64,000 bases of DNA from a bacterium (GTDB lineage Bacteria > Patescibacteriota > Minisyncoccia > Minisyncoccales > CG1-02-41-26): positions 1,358 through 65,357 of the forward strand of contig JAZDKU010000015.1 of NCBI GenBank assembly GCA_043802745.1. Direction: 5' to 3'. The notes below the pieces were generated by a model, which saw only the letters and a list, made by a program, of their open reading frames with translations, was not told the origin of the DNA and searched no databases. The first letter of the stretch is position 1, and every line of letters starts with the position of its first letter. The translations under genes and the position numbers were made by a program. Positions 55,223 through 64,000 of the stretch are shown one piece after another.

Positions 55223-58200
55223 TTTAGGACCGAGGTGATGATAGAGATAAACGCTTTAGCAGTTAAAATAACAGCCAAGCCAATTATTGCCCAAGTAAGA
55301 ATTGTCTTGCCTTTAGTTGAGCGAGCTGGCTCCCCGGCGGCTGTTAACATATAAAACCCACCAAGCAAAATCATTAACGGCGCAATAACCAAAGCCAGAT
55401 AAAACAACCACTTTGCTAAAGAATTAATCAAGCACTCAAAGCTAGTGTGAGTTGTTATTGGGCAAAAAGCAATCTGCCCAATTGGCATACACTGCCCAGA
55501 AGCAGGCTCTGTTTTGTTTGAACACTCTAACGAGGCATTACATTGATCCTTAGGCGTTGCAGTATCCTTGCATGGACCACAAAACTCCATCTCCTTCGGC
55601 GCTGAATCACACTCATCTTTTTTTGCCGGAAGAACATCGCCATCAGCGGCTATGGCCACATTTGAGAAGTGGGTGGTTTGGGCAGTGAGGGTTTGGGTTG
55701 TTGGGTTCACAACAGTGTCTTTTAAAATTTCGTAGTTATTAGTAATGGCGCTGAAAAGAACAATGCGCAAGGCCTTTTCCTGCTCATCATTTAAACCCAA
55801 ACCGCTTTTGCTATATTTTGTAACAACTGTAATTTGCTTGGAAAAGTTATGAATTTCCTCGCCCTTGAGCGTCTTAATAGAAACATGAAACATAAAAGGG
55901 CCTAGCAAATTTGTATTGCTTGATGATTGCACCGAGAAAAACGGCGCTTTGTTAGCAAAATCAGGATCATTTTTTGGCATTGACTCTATGGCCACAGCCA
56001 CGTCTTCGGTAAAAGTGTTTGGGCTTATGATTAATTTTATACTCAAATTTGTTTTACTCATTTCCACTGTACCCCCTTCAGCTGGCTTTATAATCTTCCC
56101 GCTAGGAACCGGGGTGATCGGTGTAATTGGGATAACTGGAGTTGAACAATCTCCGGGCACAAATGTTTTCTTATTGCATTGAGCCATACATGCATTGGCA
56201 TAAACTACGCCATCACTCCCGCATACTTTGTCACTGCCCGAACAAGCAAACTCGCATTGAGCTTTATTAAAACAATTATTGCCAAAAACACCAAGAAATC
56301 CTTTGGTAAAAATACAATCCGGACCAAAAGCAAGGCATTCTTTTTCATCACAAACATTCAAAATTCCGTTTCCGCAATCCAAGCAAGTAGCTGTTGCACA
56401 TTTGCATTGGCCATCACTCCCGCACACTTGCTTCTGGCCACTCGCACACATGGGTGTACAATCTGCATCACTAGAACATTTATAAGGTAACACCGACCCC
56501 CCTTGGCACTCACATTGCTGTTTATAACATGTTGGATTCTTGCCCCCAGAGCAAGGAAAACTTGCACATTCTTTGTTTTGTTTGCAAGTAACAACATCTT
56601 TGGAGCTACTTAACAAATGAAAATTAGCGGATACATCATAAACATTGCTTCGAGAAGCCAACTTTATTTCAGCATCTTTATAGCCAGACGCCCCCCTAAC
56701 AACCGCTGTATAGCTATGCTCTGGAGAAAAGGTTAGAGCCGGTATAGTACATTTTCCTCGCGGGTCGCTGGTTACACAGCTTGCCACTTGACTGCCTTTG
56801 TCAAGAATAGAAACCGAAATTCCTGGCAAGTCCTCGCTAGTATAATTATCATCAACATGAACAAGAATTCTTTTTTGTAATGTATTATTTAAGCAAAAAC
56901 ATTCTTTTGGTTTTATGGTTGTGCCATAGATATCTTTTACTTCGCAAATTGGTGTTTGGTCTGCTTGGCAAGTTATTGTTTTAGTGCATTCTGAATCTTG
57001 AGAGCAAGTTAAATTTTTACAAAAACATTTTTTATCAGCGCCACAAGCTGGCTCTGTTATTTTTGTTTCATTGTTTGGACAGGTTGTGAGATAACCACAG
57101 TCATCTTTTGTGTTGCAGGGTTTGGCGCAAAAAACGCAATAATTACCGCCTTGCTTATCGCAAAAAGAATCACTTAAAAATTGATGCGAAACTTTATCAG
57201 CTTGGCCACAAACCGTGTCAAGACCGTCTTCTTTGGCGCAAAAACCGCCAAAAGTAGAGGACATATTAGGACAATTAATTAAACAAGCGCCATCATAACA
57301 ACCAGCTGGGCAAGCAGTTACCTTTGGCCAGCCATTACAATCATATTGCGCCACAGATGGTCCTTCTAATGAGGGAATATAAGAGAAAGAGGCATTAGTT
57401 ATACAATGGTCAATTATTGAGTTAAACCCGCCAGTAGCTAGCGCCGTTATATACCTTACCGCCCCCTTGGTATATTCATCTCCTCCATCAGTTCGCGAGC
57501 AATAAGGCGAGGGGCTCCCCTGCACTTTTGTCATTTTAGCCACTAATTTAACTGTGACATCACTATTATTTATTTCAAAGTCAGTAAAACATCCTCCAGG
57601 CTCATCCCAGCAAAACTGATAATCAATTATATAGGCTCGGTATTCTCCGTTTGGCAGTGAAAAAACGCATTTTTGAGGCGGGTTAATGGCAAAGCATTCT
57701 TGTTGAGGCAAGGCCTGGCTTTCGCCTTTTTTAACAATACCCACACGAACTCCCCAAGAATCATTCAAATCAATAGTTGCCTTAAATGCTGTTTGCGTGT
57801 TTTTATAAAGCGCTATTTGCACAGGAGCCATATTTAAAACAGCATCAAAATTTACTGTATTGTTTGTAAAAAATCCTTGAGCAGAAACTTGGGTAGAGTA
57901 ATTTTGCGTAGGAAAAGCTTCTGTATTATAGCCAAGGGGTATTAATTCATTAGTAAGGCAAGAGCCGTTTTGGTCAGTCACGCAAGAACCAACTTGCTTT
58001 TGCTGGCTGTCAAAAACTTTTATATTTGCTTGAGAAACTGCTTGGCCATTATCAGTTGTAATTTTAAAAGAAATTTTTTGCTCGGTGACAGCTGGAACAC
58101 AAGAGCAAGTGCGTTTTTGCTTATCGCACTTAGCAAGATAATCACTGCTTGCGCAACCATTAGTAGTGGCGCACTCTTGGTCATTGGCACAACCACCAGG

Positions 58201-59481
58201 AGAACATTTCCCGCCAACTATGTAAGAGCTAAAAAGACAGTGTGGGTCTATAGCAAAGCACTCATTTTTATCGCAAAGATTAAAAATTCCATTGCCACAG
58301 TCCGGACATTTTTTTATTTGCGCTAGAGCAGGCACCACATTAAAATATCCGTCGCTTATATCTTTGCCGGCCTGGCCACCAAACTGCGTTGTCTCGGTGA
58401 TGATAATTCTTAAATTGTCCGTTGGTTTCCAAATGCCGTTTGATGTAAAAAAATCGCTTTGTATTTCCCATGGGTAGGACATACTTGTGCCTCCTTGGTC
58501 TAGGGCGCCTTTTACTGGCTTATTGCTGTTTGTGGCTATAATTTTATAGGCCTGGGGAGATGTTTGGTCAACATAATCATAATTCCAAATGGCAATACTA
58601 ATTAAACTGTCAGGATTTTGAGTTTTCCATTTGATTTGATACAACTGACCTGCTTGCCAGCTTTCCCCGCCATTAGGAGATGAAACTGTAAGTCCAGCAG
58701 AAGGAACAAATTCCCCTCCCGAGCCTCCTCCTAGATTACCGCTAGGCAATGGCAGGCCACAAGCACTTTGTTTATAAATTAATGTATCAAAAGGCGGACA
58801 ATTGCCCGAACAACATTGGCTATGAGAGCTACAAAAAGTACCAAGCCCTAAGCATGGTTTACAAAAATAATTAACACAAACATTGGGCGAGCAACAATCA
58901 GAGCTAAGCACACAAGAATCATTGGCAACCTTGCAACCTGAAATTATGGGGTCTGGCTTGCAGATATTATCCTTTGGGTCGCAAATATATGGCGAGCAAC
59001 AATTATTTTTTATATCACCAGGGACACAGCCCTGACCAATATTAAAACATACCTTTGAATCTGGACATTGAGGTGGCACAGATGGCCCGCTATCAACACA
59101 CTTATTGCCACAACAATTTTTTGACGCGCATTGCGCGCTCTCTGTGCAATAATCCCCCAAAACAAACTCGCCTGGCTTGTTTTTAACGCAACGGTATTCG
59201 TTTGGAGTGCCGATGAAAAGGTATTCATAACCACAGCATGTATTAAACCCGTGTAAATAAGATTCCCCTGGAATAGTGTCACAACATTTTTTAATAGTAT
59301 TATCTCCGAAGACTAAACATCTATCTGATGTGTTGCAACAACTATTAGAGTCTAAACAAGCTTCTCCTTTTGCTACACAATTAGATTGAGCTTTAACAGT
59401 AAATCCGTGGGCTAAATAAAAAGCTGAACCTAAAAAAATTAGTCCAGCGATAATTAAAAACCATTTTTGTTTTTGCGCCAT
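55219..59481 (-). CDS. Giant (~1420 aa) Cys-rich surface protein ending in a VirB2-like pilin domain
   Basis: N-terminal signal/TM, many Cys modules, Kazal-like motif, C-terminal pilin segment similar to the next gene. Start set at MAQKQK. Confidence 0.82.
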   Translation of the reverse strand: MAQKQKWFLIIAGLIFLGSAFYLAHGFTVKAQSNCVAKGEACLDSNSCCNTSDRCLVFGDNTIKKCCDTIPGESYLHGFNTCCGYEYLFIGTPNEYRCVKNKPGEFVLGDYCTESAQCASKNCCGNKCVDSGPSVPPQCPDSKVCFNIGQGCVPGDIKNNCCSPYICDPKDNICKPDPIISGCKVANDSCVLSSDCCSPNVCVNYFCKPCLGLGTFCSSHSQCCSGNCPPFDTLIYKQSACGLPLPSGNLGGGSGGEFVPSAGLTVSSPNGGESWQAGQLYQIKWKTQNPDSLISIAIWNYDYVDQTSPQAYKIIATNSNKPVKGALDQGGTSMSYPWEIQSDFFTSNGIWKPTDNLRIIITETTQFGGQAGKDISDGYFNVVPALAQIKKCPDCGNGIFNLCDKNECFAIDPHCLFSSYIVGGKCSPGGCANDQECATTNGCASSDYLAKCDKQKRTCSCVPAVTEQKISFKITTDNGQAVSQANIKVFDSQQKQVGSCVTDQNGSCLTNELIPLGYNTEAFPTQNYSTQVSAQGFFTNNTVNFDAVLNMAPVQIALYKNTQTAFKATIDLNDSWGVRVGIVKKGESQALPQQECFAINPPQKCVFSLPNGEYRAYIIDYQFCWDEPGGCFTDFEINNSDVTVKLVAKMTKVQGSPSPYCSRTDGGDEYTKGAVRYITALATGGFNSIIDHCITNASFSYIPSLEGPSVAQYDCNGWPKVTACPAGCYDGACLINCPNMSSTFGGFCAKEDGLDTVCGQADKVSHQFLSDSFCDKQGGNYCVFCAKPCNTKDDCGYLTTCPNNETKITEPACGADKKCFCKNLTCSQDSECTKTITCQADQTPICEVKDIYGTTIKPKECFCLNNTLQKRILVHVDDNYTSEDLPGISVSILDKGSQVASCVTSDPRGKCTIPALTFSPEHSYTAVVRGASGYKDAEIKLASRSNVYDVSANFHLLSSSKDVVTCKQNKECASFPCSGGKNPTCYKQQCECQGGSVLPYKCSSDADCTPMCASGQKQVCGSDGQCKCATATCLDCGNGILNVCDEKECLAFGPDCIFTKGFLGVFGNNCFNKAQCEFACSGSDKVCGSDGVVYANACMAQCNKKTFVPGDCSTPVIPITPITPVPSGKIIKPAEGGTVEMSKTNLSIKLIISPNTFTEDVAVAIESMPKNDPDFANKAPFFSVQSSSNTNLLGPFMFHVSIKTLKGEEIHNFSKQITVVTKYSKSGLGLNDEQEKALRIVLFSAITNNYEILKDTVVNPTTQTLTAQTTHFSNVAIAADGDVLPAKKDECDSAPKEMEFCGPCKDTATPKDQCNASLECSNKTEPASGQCMPIGQIAFCPITTHTSFECLINSLAKWLFYLALVIAPLMILLGGFYMLTAAGEPARSTKGKTILTWAIIGLAVILTAKAFISIITSVLK

Positions 59482-59505
59482 ATTTTTTAAAAAATTATTC
59501 CCACA

Positions 59506-59555
59506 GACCCCACTCCTCCGCTCCGCCAACTGGCGGACGGCGGAGGGGTGGGGTC
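59506..59555. repeat. Nested palindrome: RPT-family outer arms with an inner TCCGCCAACTGGCGGA
   Basis: GACCCCACTCCTCCG..CGGAGGGGTGGGGTC. Inner 59522-59537 is identical to 51753-51768. Confidence 0.85.
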
Positions 59556-60084
59556 AAGTGCTGTTTATAAACAAAAGCCCGTAGTGATAACCGCTAGTTT
59601 CAATTTTTTTCTCCAAAACAAAATCTTGTTCTTCGGCAATCTCTTGAACGCGACCCGCAGAAACACGGCTTTCTTGCATGGGTCCAAAAGGCGATTCCAT
59701 ATCCCACTCAATTACTAAAACTTTTCCGCTTTGTTTTAAAACTCTTTTTGCTTCTTTAAAAACCGCGCTTTTGTCATCAATTTGAAATAAAAGATTTGTC
59801 ATTAGCACAATATCACAAGAATTATTTTCTATTTGCTTTATGCCTCTTTCAATATCAGCTAAAACTTTTTTAATATTATTTATGCCTTGCAGGTTCGCCT
59901 TGCTCATCAATGCTGACAATGCGTTTTCTTGCACATCAACAGCATAGACAACACCGTCTTCTAATTTGCTGGCCAAAGGAATCACCCATCCGCCCGAGCC
60001 ACAACCAAAATCAGCTGCTATCATATCTTTTTCAAGCGCTAATTGATTTAAAATTTCATTTGGATCTAAAAACCCTGTTGGCAT
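59554..60084 (-). CDS. Class I SAM-dependent methyltransferase
   Basis: ADFGCGSG, VYAVD and RVLKQSG motifs. Confidence 0.88.
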   Translation of the reverse strand: MPTGFLDPNEILNQLALEKDMIAADFGCGSGGWVIPLASKLEDGVVYAVDVQENALSALMSKANLQGINNIKKVLADIERGIKQIENNSCDIVLMTNLLFQIDDKSAVFKEAKRVLKQSGKVLVIEWDMESPFGPMQESRVSAGRVQEIAEEQDFVLEKKIETSGYHYGLLFINST

Positions 60085-60086
60085 AA

Positions 60087-62570
60087 TTATTCTTCTTCTT
60101 TTTCATCGTTTAGGCAGATGGCCGAGGCAACTTTGTCGCCTGATTTTAATTTCATTATTCTCACCCCAGAGGAAGCCCGACCAATAACGGAAATGGTTTT
60201 TATCTCGCTCTTAATTACTTGGCCCTTAGTTGAAATAACAATTAAGTCAGCATCTTCTTCAGATAAAACTTTTGAAAAAACAATGTTTCCATTTTTTTCT
60301 GTTATTTTAGCGGCCTTTATGCCCGAGCCACCTCTTTTTTGCAATCTATATTCTTCAAGTTTTGTTCTCTTGCCATAACCGTTTTCAGTAATTATTAAAA
60401 GATGGTTTTTCCCATCAATTTTTGGCTTTATATCGTCCATAACAATAATTTCGTCGTTCTTACCAAGCCTCATGCCATGCACCCCAGAGGAGCCCCTGCC
60501 CATTGGCCGAACATCCGCATTTTTAAATCTAATTGATTGACCCAATTTAGAAATCATTATTATCTCGTCATTTTTATCAATAATCTTAGCGGATTTTAAA
60601 GAATCGCCTGGCTGTAATTTAATAGCCAAAAGCCCATTCTTTCTTACATTTTTAAAAGCAGACAACTCTGTCTTTTTTATTATACCATTTTTTGTAGCCA
60701 TTACTAAAAACTTTCCCGTGTCCACCTCATCTTGCTTGCTATATGGAATAAGGCTTAAAATTTTCTCATTTTGCGATATTTCCAAAAAGTTTAAAAGCCC
60801 CCTGCCTTTTGTAGCCCGACCCATTTCTGGAATTTCCCAAACAAAACACTGGAAAACCTTCCCAGAATCGGAAAAAAATAAAAGCTTGTCTAGGGTATTG
60901 CCGGTGGTAAGGTGGTCAACAGTGTCTTCGTCAGACACGTCAATGCCAGTAACCCCTTGCCCGCCTCGTTTCTGAATTTTATAAACAGACGGCTTAAACC
61001 GTTTTATAAACCCCCCTTGGGTTAAAATAATAATCGCCTCCTCTTTGGGAATTAAATCCTCGTCGCCAATCTCGCCCAACTTGCCTGCCACAACTTTTGT
61101 TCTTCTTGCGTCTTGGTGCTTTTCTAGAACTTCTTTTAACTCTTTTTTAACAACTTCTTTTAATTTTTTTGGGTTTTCTAAAATAACTAAAAGCTCTTTT
61201 ATTTTTTCTTCAATAGCTTTTAGCTCTTGCTCAACTTTATCTCTTTCAAGCTTGGCTAAACTTTGCAAACGCATTTCCAAAATAGCGGTTGCTTGAATGG
61301 CTGACAATTTAAATTTTTTTTGTAAATTTATATGAGCTGCATCTTTACTTTCTGACTGCCTGATTGTTTTTATAACCTCATCAATGTTTTTTAAGGCAAT
61401 CATCAAACCCTCTAAAATATGGGCTCTTTCCTTGGCTTTAGCTAAGTCAAACTTTGTGCGCCTAATAACCACTTCTTGCTTGTGCTTTAGGTAAAAAGAC
61501 AAAACATCAGCCAATGATAAAACTCTTGGCTGAATCCCATCCACCAAAGCCAGCATATTTAAATGAAATGTTTTTTGCAGGTCAGTGTATTTATATAAAG
61601 CATTCAAAACTTTATTAGGAAAAGCTTCTTTTTTTAAATCAATAACAATGCGCATGCCTTCTCGGTCAGACTCGTCTCTGATGTCTTTAACTCCGTCTAT
61701 TCTTTTATCTTCAACCAACTTAGCAAACTGGATGACCAGAGAAGATTTTTGCACTTGATAAGGAATCTCGGTGATAACAATTTGTGAAGCGCCTTTTTTA
61801 TTCTCAATAATTTCCGCCTTGCCTCGCGTTAAAATTGGCCCCTTACCTTGAGAGTAAGCGGAAATAATTTCTTTTTTACTATAAATAATTCCACCAGTTG
61901 GAAAATCAGGGCCTTTAACAAATTGAAATAAATCTTCAGTTGTGGCCTCTGGATTATCAACTAAATGAATTGTGGCCTCCAAAACTTCTCCGGCATTGTG
62001 GGGCGGAATACTCGTGGCCATGCCAACCGCAATTCCAAAAGAACCGTTTAATAAAAGTTGAGGCACAGGAGATGGCAAAACAGCTGGCTCTTTTCTGGTG
62101 GCATCGTAGTTTGAAACAAAATTAACTGTTTCTTTTTCAATATCATTTAGCATTTCCTCTCCCGCCGAAGAAAGCTTACACTCTGTGTATCGCATGGCAG
62201 CCGCTCCATCACCATCAATACTGCCCCAATTCCCTTGGCCTTTAACTAATGTATAGCGCAAAGAAAAATCTTGGGCCATTCTTACTAAAGAATCATACAC
62301 TGCCACATCCCCATGCGGGTGGTATTTTCCCAAAACTTCTCCCACAACCGTGGCCGACTTTCTAAATTTTGCCGTGGACCGTAAACCCATATCGTACATA
62401 GCAAACAAAATCCTTCGGTGAACCGGTTTTAAGCCGTCCCGCACATCGGGCAAAGCCCGGGAAACAATAACCGACATTGCATAATCCAAATAGCAATTTT
62501 TTATTTCTTCGGTAATTTCTCGGTCTTTGATATATCCAATTTCTTGCAATGGTTGTTCTTTTTCTGGCAT
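60087..62570 (-). CDS. gyrA: DNA gyrase subunit A
   Basis: [22 protein letters not shown] and GyrA-box QKRGGQG. Confidence 0.97.
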   Translation of the reverse strand: MPEKEQPLQEIGYIKDREITEEIKNCYLDYAMSVIVSRALPDVRDGLKPVHRRILFAMYDMGLRSTAKFRKSATVVGEVLGKYHPHGDVAVYDSLVRMAQDFSLRYTLVKGQGNWGSIDGDGAAAMRYTECKLSSAGEEMLNDIEKETVNFVSNYDATRKEPAVLPSPVPQLLLNGSFGIAVGMATSIPPHNAGEVLEATIHLVDNPEATTEDLFQFVKGPDFPTGGIIYSKKEIISAYSQGKGPILTRGKAEIIENKKGASQIVITEIPYQVQKSSLVIQFAKLVEDKRIDGVKDIRDESDREGMRIVIDLKKEAFPNKVLNALYKYTDLQKTFHLNMLALVDGIQPRVLSLADVLSFYLKHKQEVVIRRTKFDLAKAKERAHILEGLMIALKNIDEVIKTIRQSESKDAAHINLQKKFKLSAIQATAILEMRLQSLAKLERDKVEQELKAIEEKIKELLVILENPKKLKEVVKKELKEVLEKHQDARRTKVVAGKLGEIGDEDLIPKEEAIIILTQGGFIKRFKPSVYKIQKRGGQGVTGIDVSDEDTVDHLTTGNTLDKLLFFSDSGKVFQCFVWEIPEMGRATKGRGLLNFLEISQNEKILSLIPYSKQDEVDTGKFLVMATKNGIIKKTELSAFKNVRKNGLLAIKLQPGDSLKSAKIIDKNDEIIMISKLGQSIRFKNADVRPMGRGSSGVHGMRLGKNDEIIVMDDIKPKIDGKNHLLIITENGYGKRTKLEEYRLQKRGGSGIKAAKITEKNGNIVFSKVLSEEDADLIVISTKGQVIKSEIKTISVIGRASSGVRIMKLKSGDKVASAICLNDEKEEE

Positions 62571-62594
62571 GAATTAAAAGTTTATAGTTTATAG

Positions 62595-62891
62595 TTAGTA
62601 GTTAATAGTAGACGAAGCAGTAGAAGTTGAAATTGTCTCGTCTAAAGTGGTTGTGCCAACTAGGCTTTCTATCATTTGGGTTATTTCTTGATTTGTTTGG
62701 TCAGTTATTTGCGTTGCCTCTTTGGCTTTATCAATAGCGCCCAAAGTATTTAGCCCCAAACCAACGTCAATGCCCTGACTAGCAAACTTATCCATTCTTG
62801 CTCTGGCATTATGACCAATAATAAAAGCCAACGGCACAGCAATTGCCATCAAAACCACCCCTGTTAAAATTATTTTCCAAATTTTTTCCAT
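62595..62891 (-). CDS. Hypothetical membrane-anchored protein
   Basis: N-terminal TM, Ser/Thr-rich tail, operon context. Confidence 0.65.
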   Translation of the reverse strand: MEKIWKIILTGVVLMAIAVPLAFIIGHNARARMDKFASQGIDVGLGLNTLGAIDKAKEATQITDQTNQEITQMIESLVGTTTLDETISTSTASSTINY

Positions 62892-62893
62892 AA

Positions 62894-63556
62894 TTACGGA
62901 GCAAGTAAAATAATCTTCATTTCGTCGTCTTCGCTTGGTAGGTCTTTTTGGGTTATTTTTGCTTTTGGCAAAGGCTCGATGGCTTCACTGCCCATTTCTT
63001 TTAAAAATTTAGAAACATCATCTAACTCAACTTTTAGGCCCGGTATTTTATAATGCATTGGAATAACAATGCCTGGCTCTATTTGAGCAATAATTTCAGT
63101 GGCGTCTTTAGCATTAATAGTGTAAGTGCCACCAACCGGAATTATTAAAATATCAACATTGCCCAAATCCTCAACCTGCTGACTTGTTAATTCTTTCTGC
63201 CCCAAGTCGCTTAAAAATCCAATCTTCATTCCTTCTGCCATAATAGTGAACATTATCACCGACCCCCTTTCTTTGCCATTAGCGTTGTCGTGAAAAGCGG
63301 GAATAGCTTTGATAAAAGCATCTTTTATTTCATATTCTCCAGGAGTGTCAACAACAAAAGGACTTCCTCCCACAGCCCTGTGGTTTGAGTGATCTTTGTG
63401 GCCGTGACTGATCAAAACAACATCCCCCTCGGTTTTAGGAAATTTTAAGCCAATAAAGTCTGCTTCAAAGGGGTCAATAATAACTTTGGTTTCCCCGTCT
63501 TTACGGTTTTTAACTATAATTTCAAAAAAAGATTGTCCGTGCCAAGTAATATTCAT
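62894..63556 (-). CDS. MBL-fold metallo-hydrolase
   Basis: ITWHGQS, IDPF, SHGHKDH, PGEYEI and IPMHY motifs. Confidence 0.9.
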   Translation of the reverse strand: MNITWHGQSFFEIIVKNRKDGETKVIIDPFEADFIGLKFPKTEGDVVLISHGHKDHSNHRAVGGSPFVVDTPGEYEIKDAFIKAIPAFHDNANGKERGSVIMFTIMAEGMKIGFLSDLGQKELTSQQVEDLGNVDILIIPVGGTYTINAKDATEIIAQIEPGIVIPMHYKIPGLKVELDDVSKFLKEMGSEAIEPLPKAKITQKDLPSEDDEMKIILLAP

Positions 63557-63592
63557 AAATTATTTATTTATATTATCAAAATACAATCACTC

Positions 63593-63641
63593 TTGCAACA
63601 ATGTAAGTTTTCGGGTATATTAAACAAGACGCGAAAGCGTT
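63593..63641 (+). promoter_or_regulatory. Putative rpsA promoter and leader hairpin
   Basis: TTGCAA-17 nt-TATATT, then GACGC-GAAA-GCGTT hairpin. Confidence 0.5.
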
Positions 63642-63666
63642 TCGGAAAAAGAATAGTTAATTATTT

Positions 63667-64000
63667 ATGATAGCGAAAACAATAAAAAAGATAAAAACAG
63701 AAATTATCTGCCCGCCAAAAGTAGGGGAAATTGTTGATGGCACAATTATCAACCGAGCCAAAAGCGCCCTATATGTCGACTTAGGCTCAAAAGGAATCGG
63801 CGTTATTTATGGTAAAGAGTTTTTTGACTCAAAGGCAGCTTTAAAAAACTTAAAACCAGGCGACGCAATTTCCACCAAGTTGATTGGCCTGGAAACAGAA
63901 GATGGCCTAAGAGAACTCTCAATGGTAGGAGCCAACCAAGAAATGGCTTGGAAAGAATTAGAAGAAGCAAAAGAAAAGCAAAGTATTTTTGAGGCAACCA
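63667..64000 (+). CDS. rpsA: 30S ribosomal protein S1 (runs off the right edge of the window)
   Basis: Not in ORF track. PKVGEIVDGTII..LYVDLGSKGIGVI..ELSM..AWKELEE is an S1 domain. Confidence 0.85.
   Translation, partial: MIAKTIKKIKTEIICPPKVGEIVDGTIINRAKSALYVDLGSKGIGVIYGKEFFDSKAALKNLKPGDAISTKLIGLETEDGLRELSMVGANQEMAWKELEEAKEKQSIFEAT

Noticed and set aside
59482-59529. ORF-track N-terminal extension MAERRSGVCGNNFLKN of the giant protein (similar extensions on DUF2207, lemA and the M16 peptidase)
   Set aside because: These derive from alternative start codons inside intergenic repeats. Downstream ATGs give proper signal peptides or family N-termini.

Overview
AT-rich, densely coded 64 kb bacterial chromosome segment using genetic code 11 (TGA is a stop). 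Gene content and style suggest a Patescibacteria/CPR (Parcubacteria-like) genome; this is inference from VirB2-like pilins, alpha2 GlyRS, type-2 IleRS and few metabolic genes. Most genes are housekeeping: groES/EL, uvrA, dprA-topA-relA, leuS, tatD, metG, rsmI, prmC, rlmE, glyQS, recO, ileS, argS, smpB, tmRNA, infC-rpmI-rplT, gyrA and rpsA. There are also two canonical tRNAs (Ser-GGA, Leu-CAA), an accessory block at 1-10.4 kb and a cell-surface/pilin cluster at 51.8-59.5 kb. Three things stand out. (1) An unannotated two-RNA cassette at 37.67-37.94 kb (minus strand): an 87-nt non-canonical 8/4 cloverleaf with a Ser/Sec-like body and an Ile (GAU) anticodon, preceded by a separately promoted and terminated ~80-nt RNA whose 5' end is exactly antisense to that anticodon arm. 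(2) Several families of short palindromes and 7-bp tandem arrays sit in-frame inside essential genes, including near-identical copies in unrelated genes (topA/metG, tatD/ileS). (3) tmRNA carries a palindromic element at each end, each with a short duplication, next to a small GIY-YIG nuclease gene. No CRISPR array, prophage, rRNA or transposase was seen. All calls were made by eye, without database searches.
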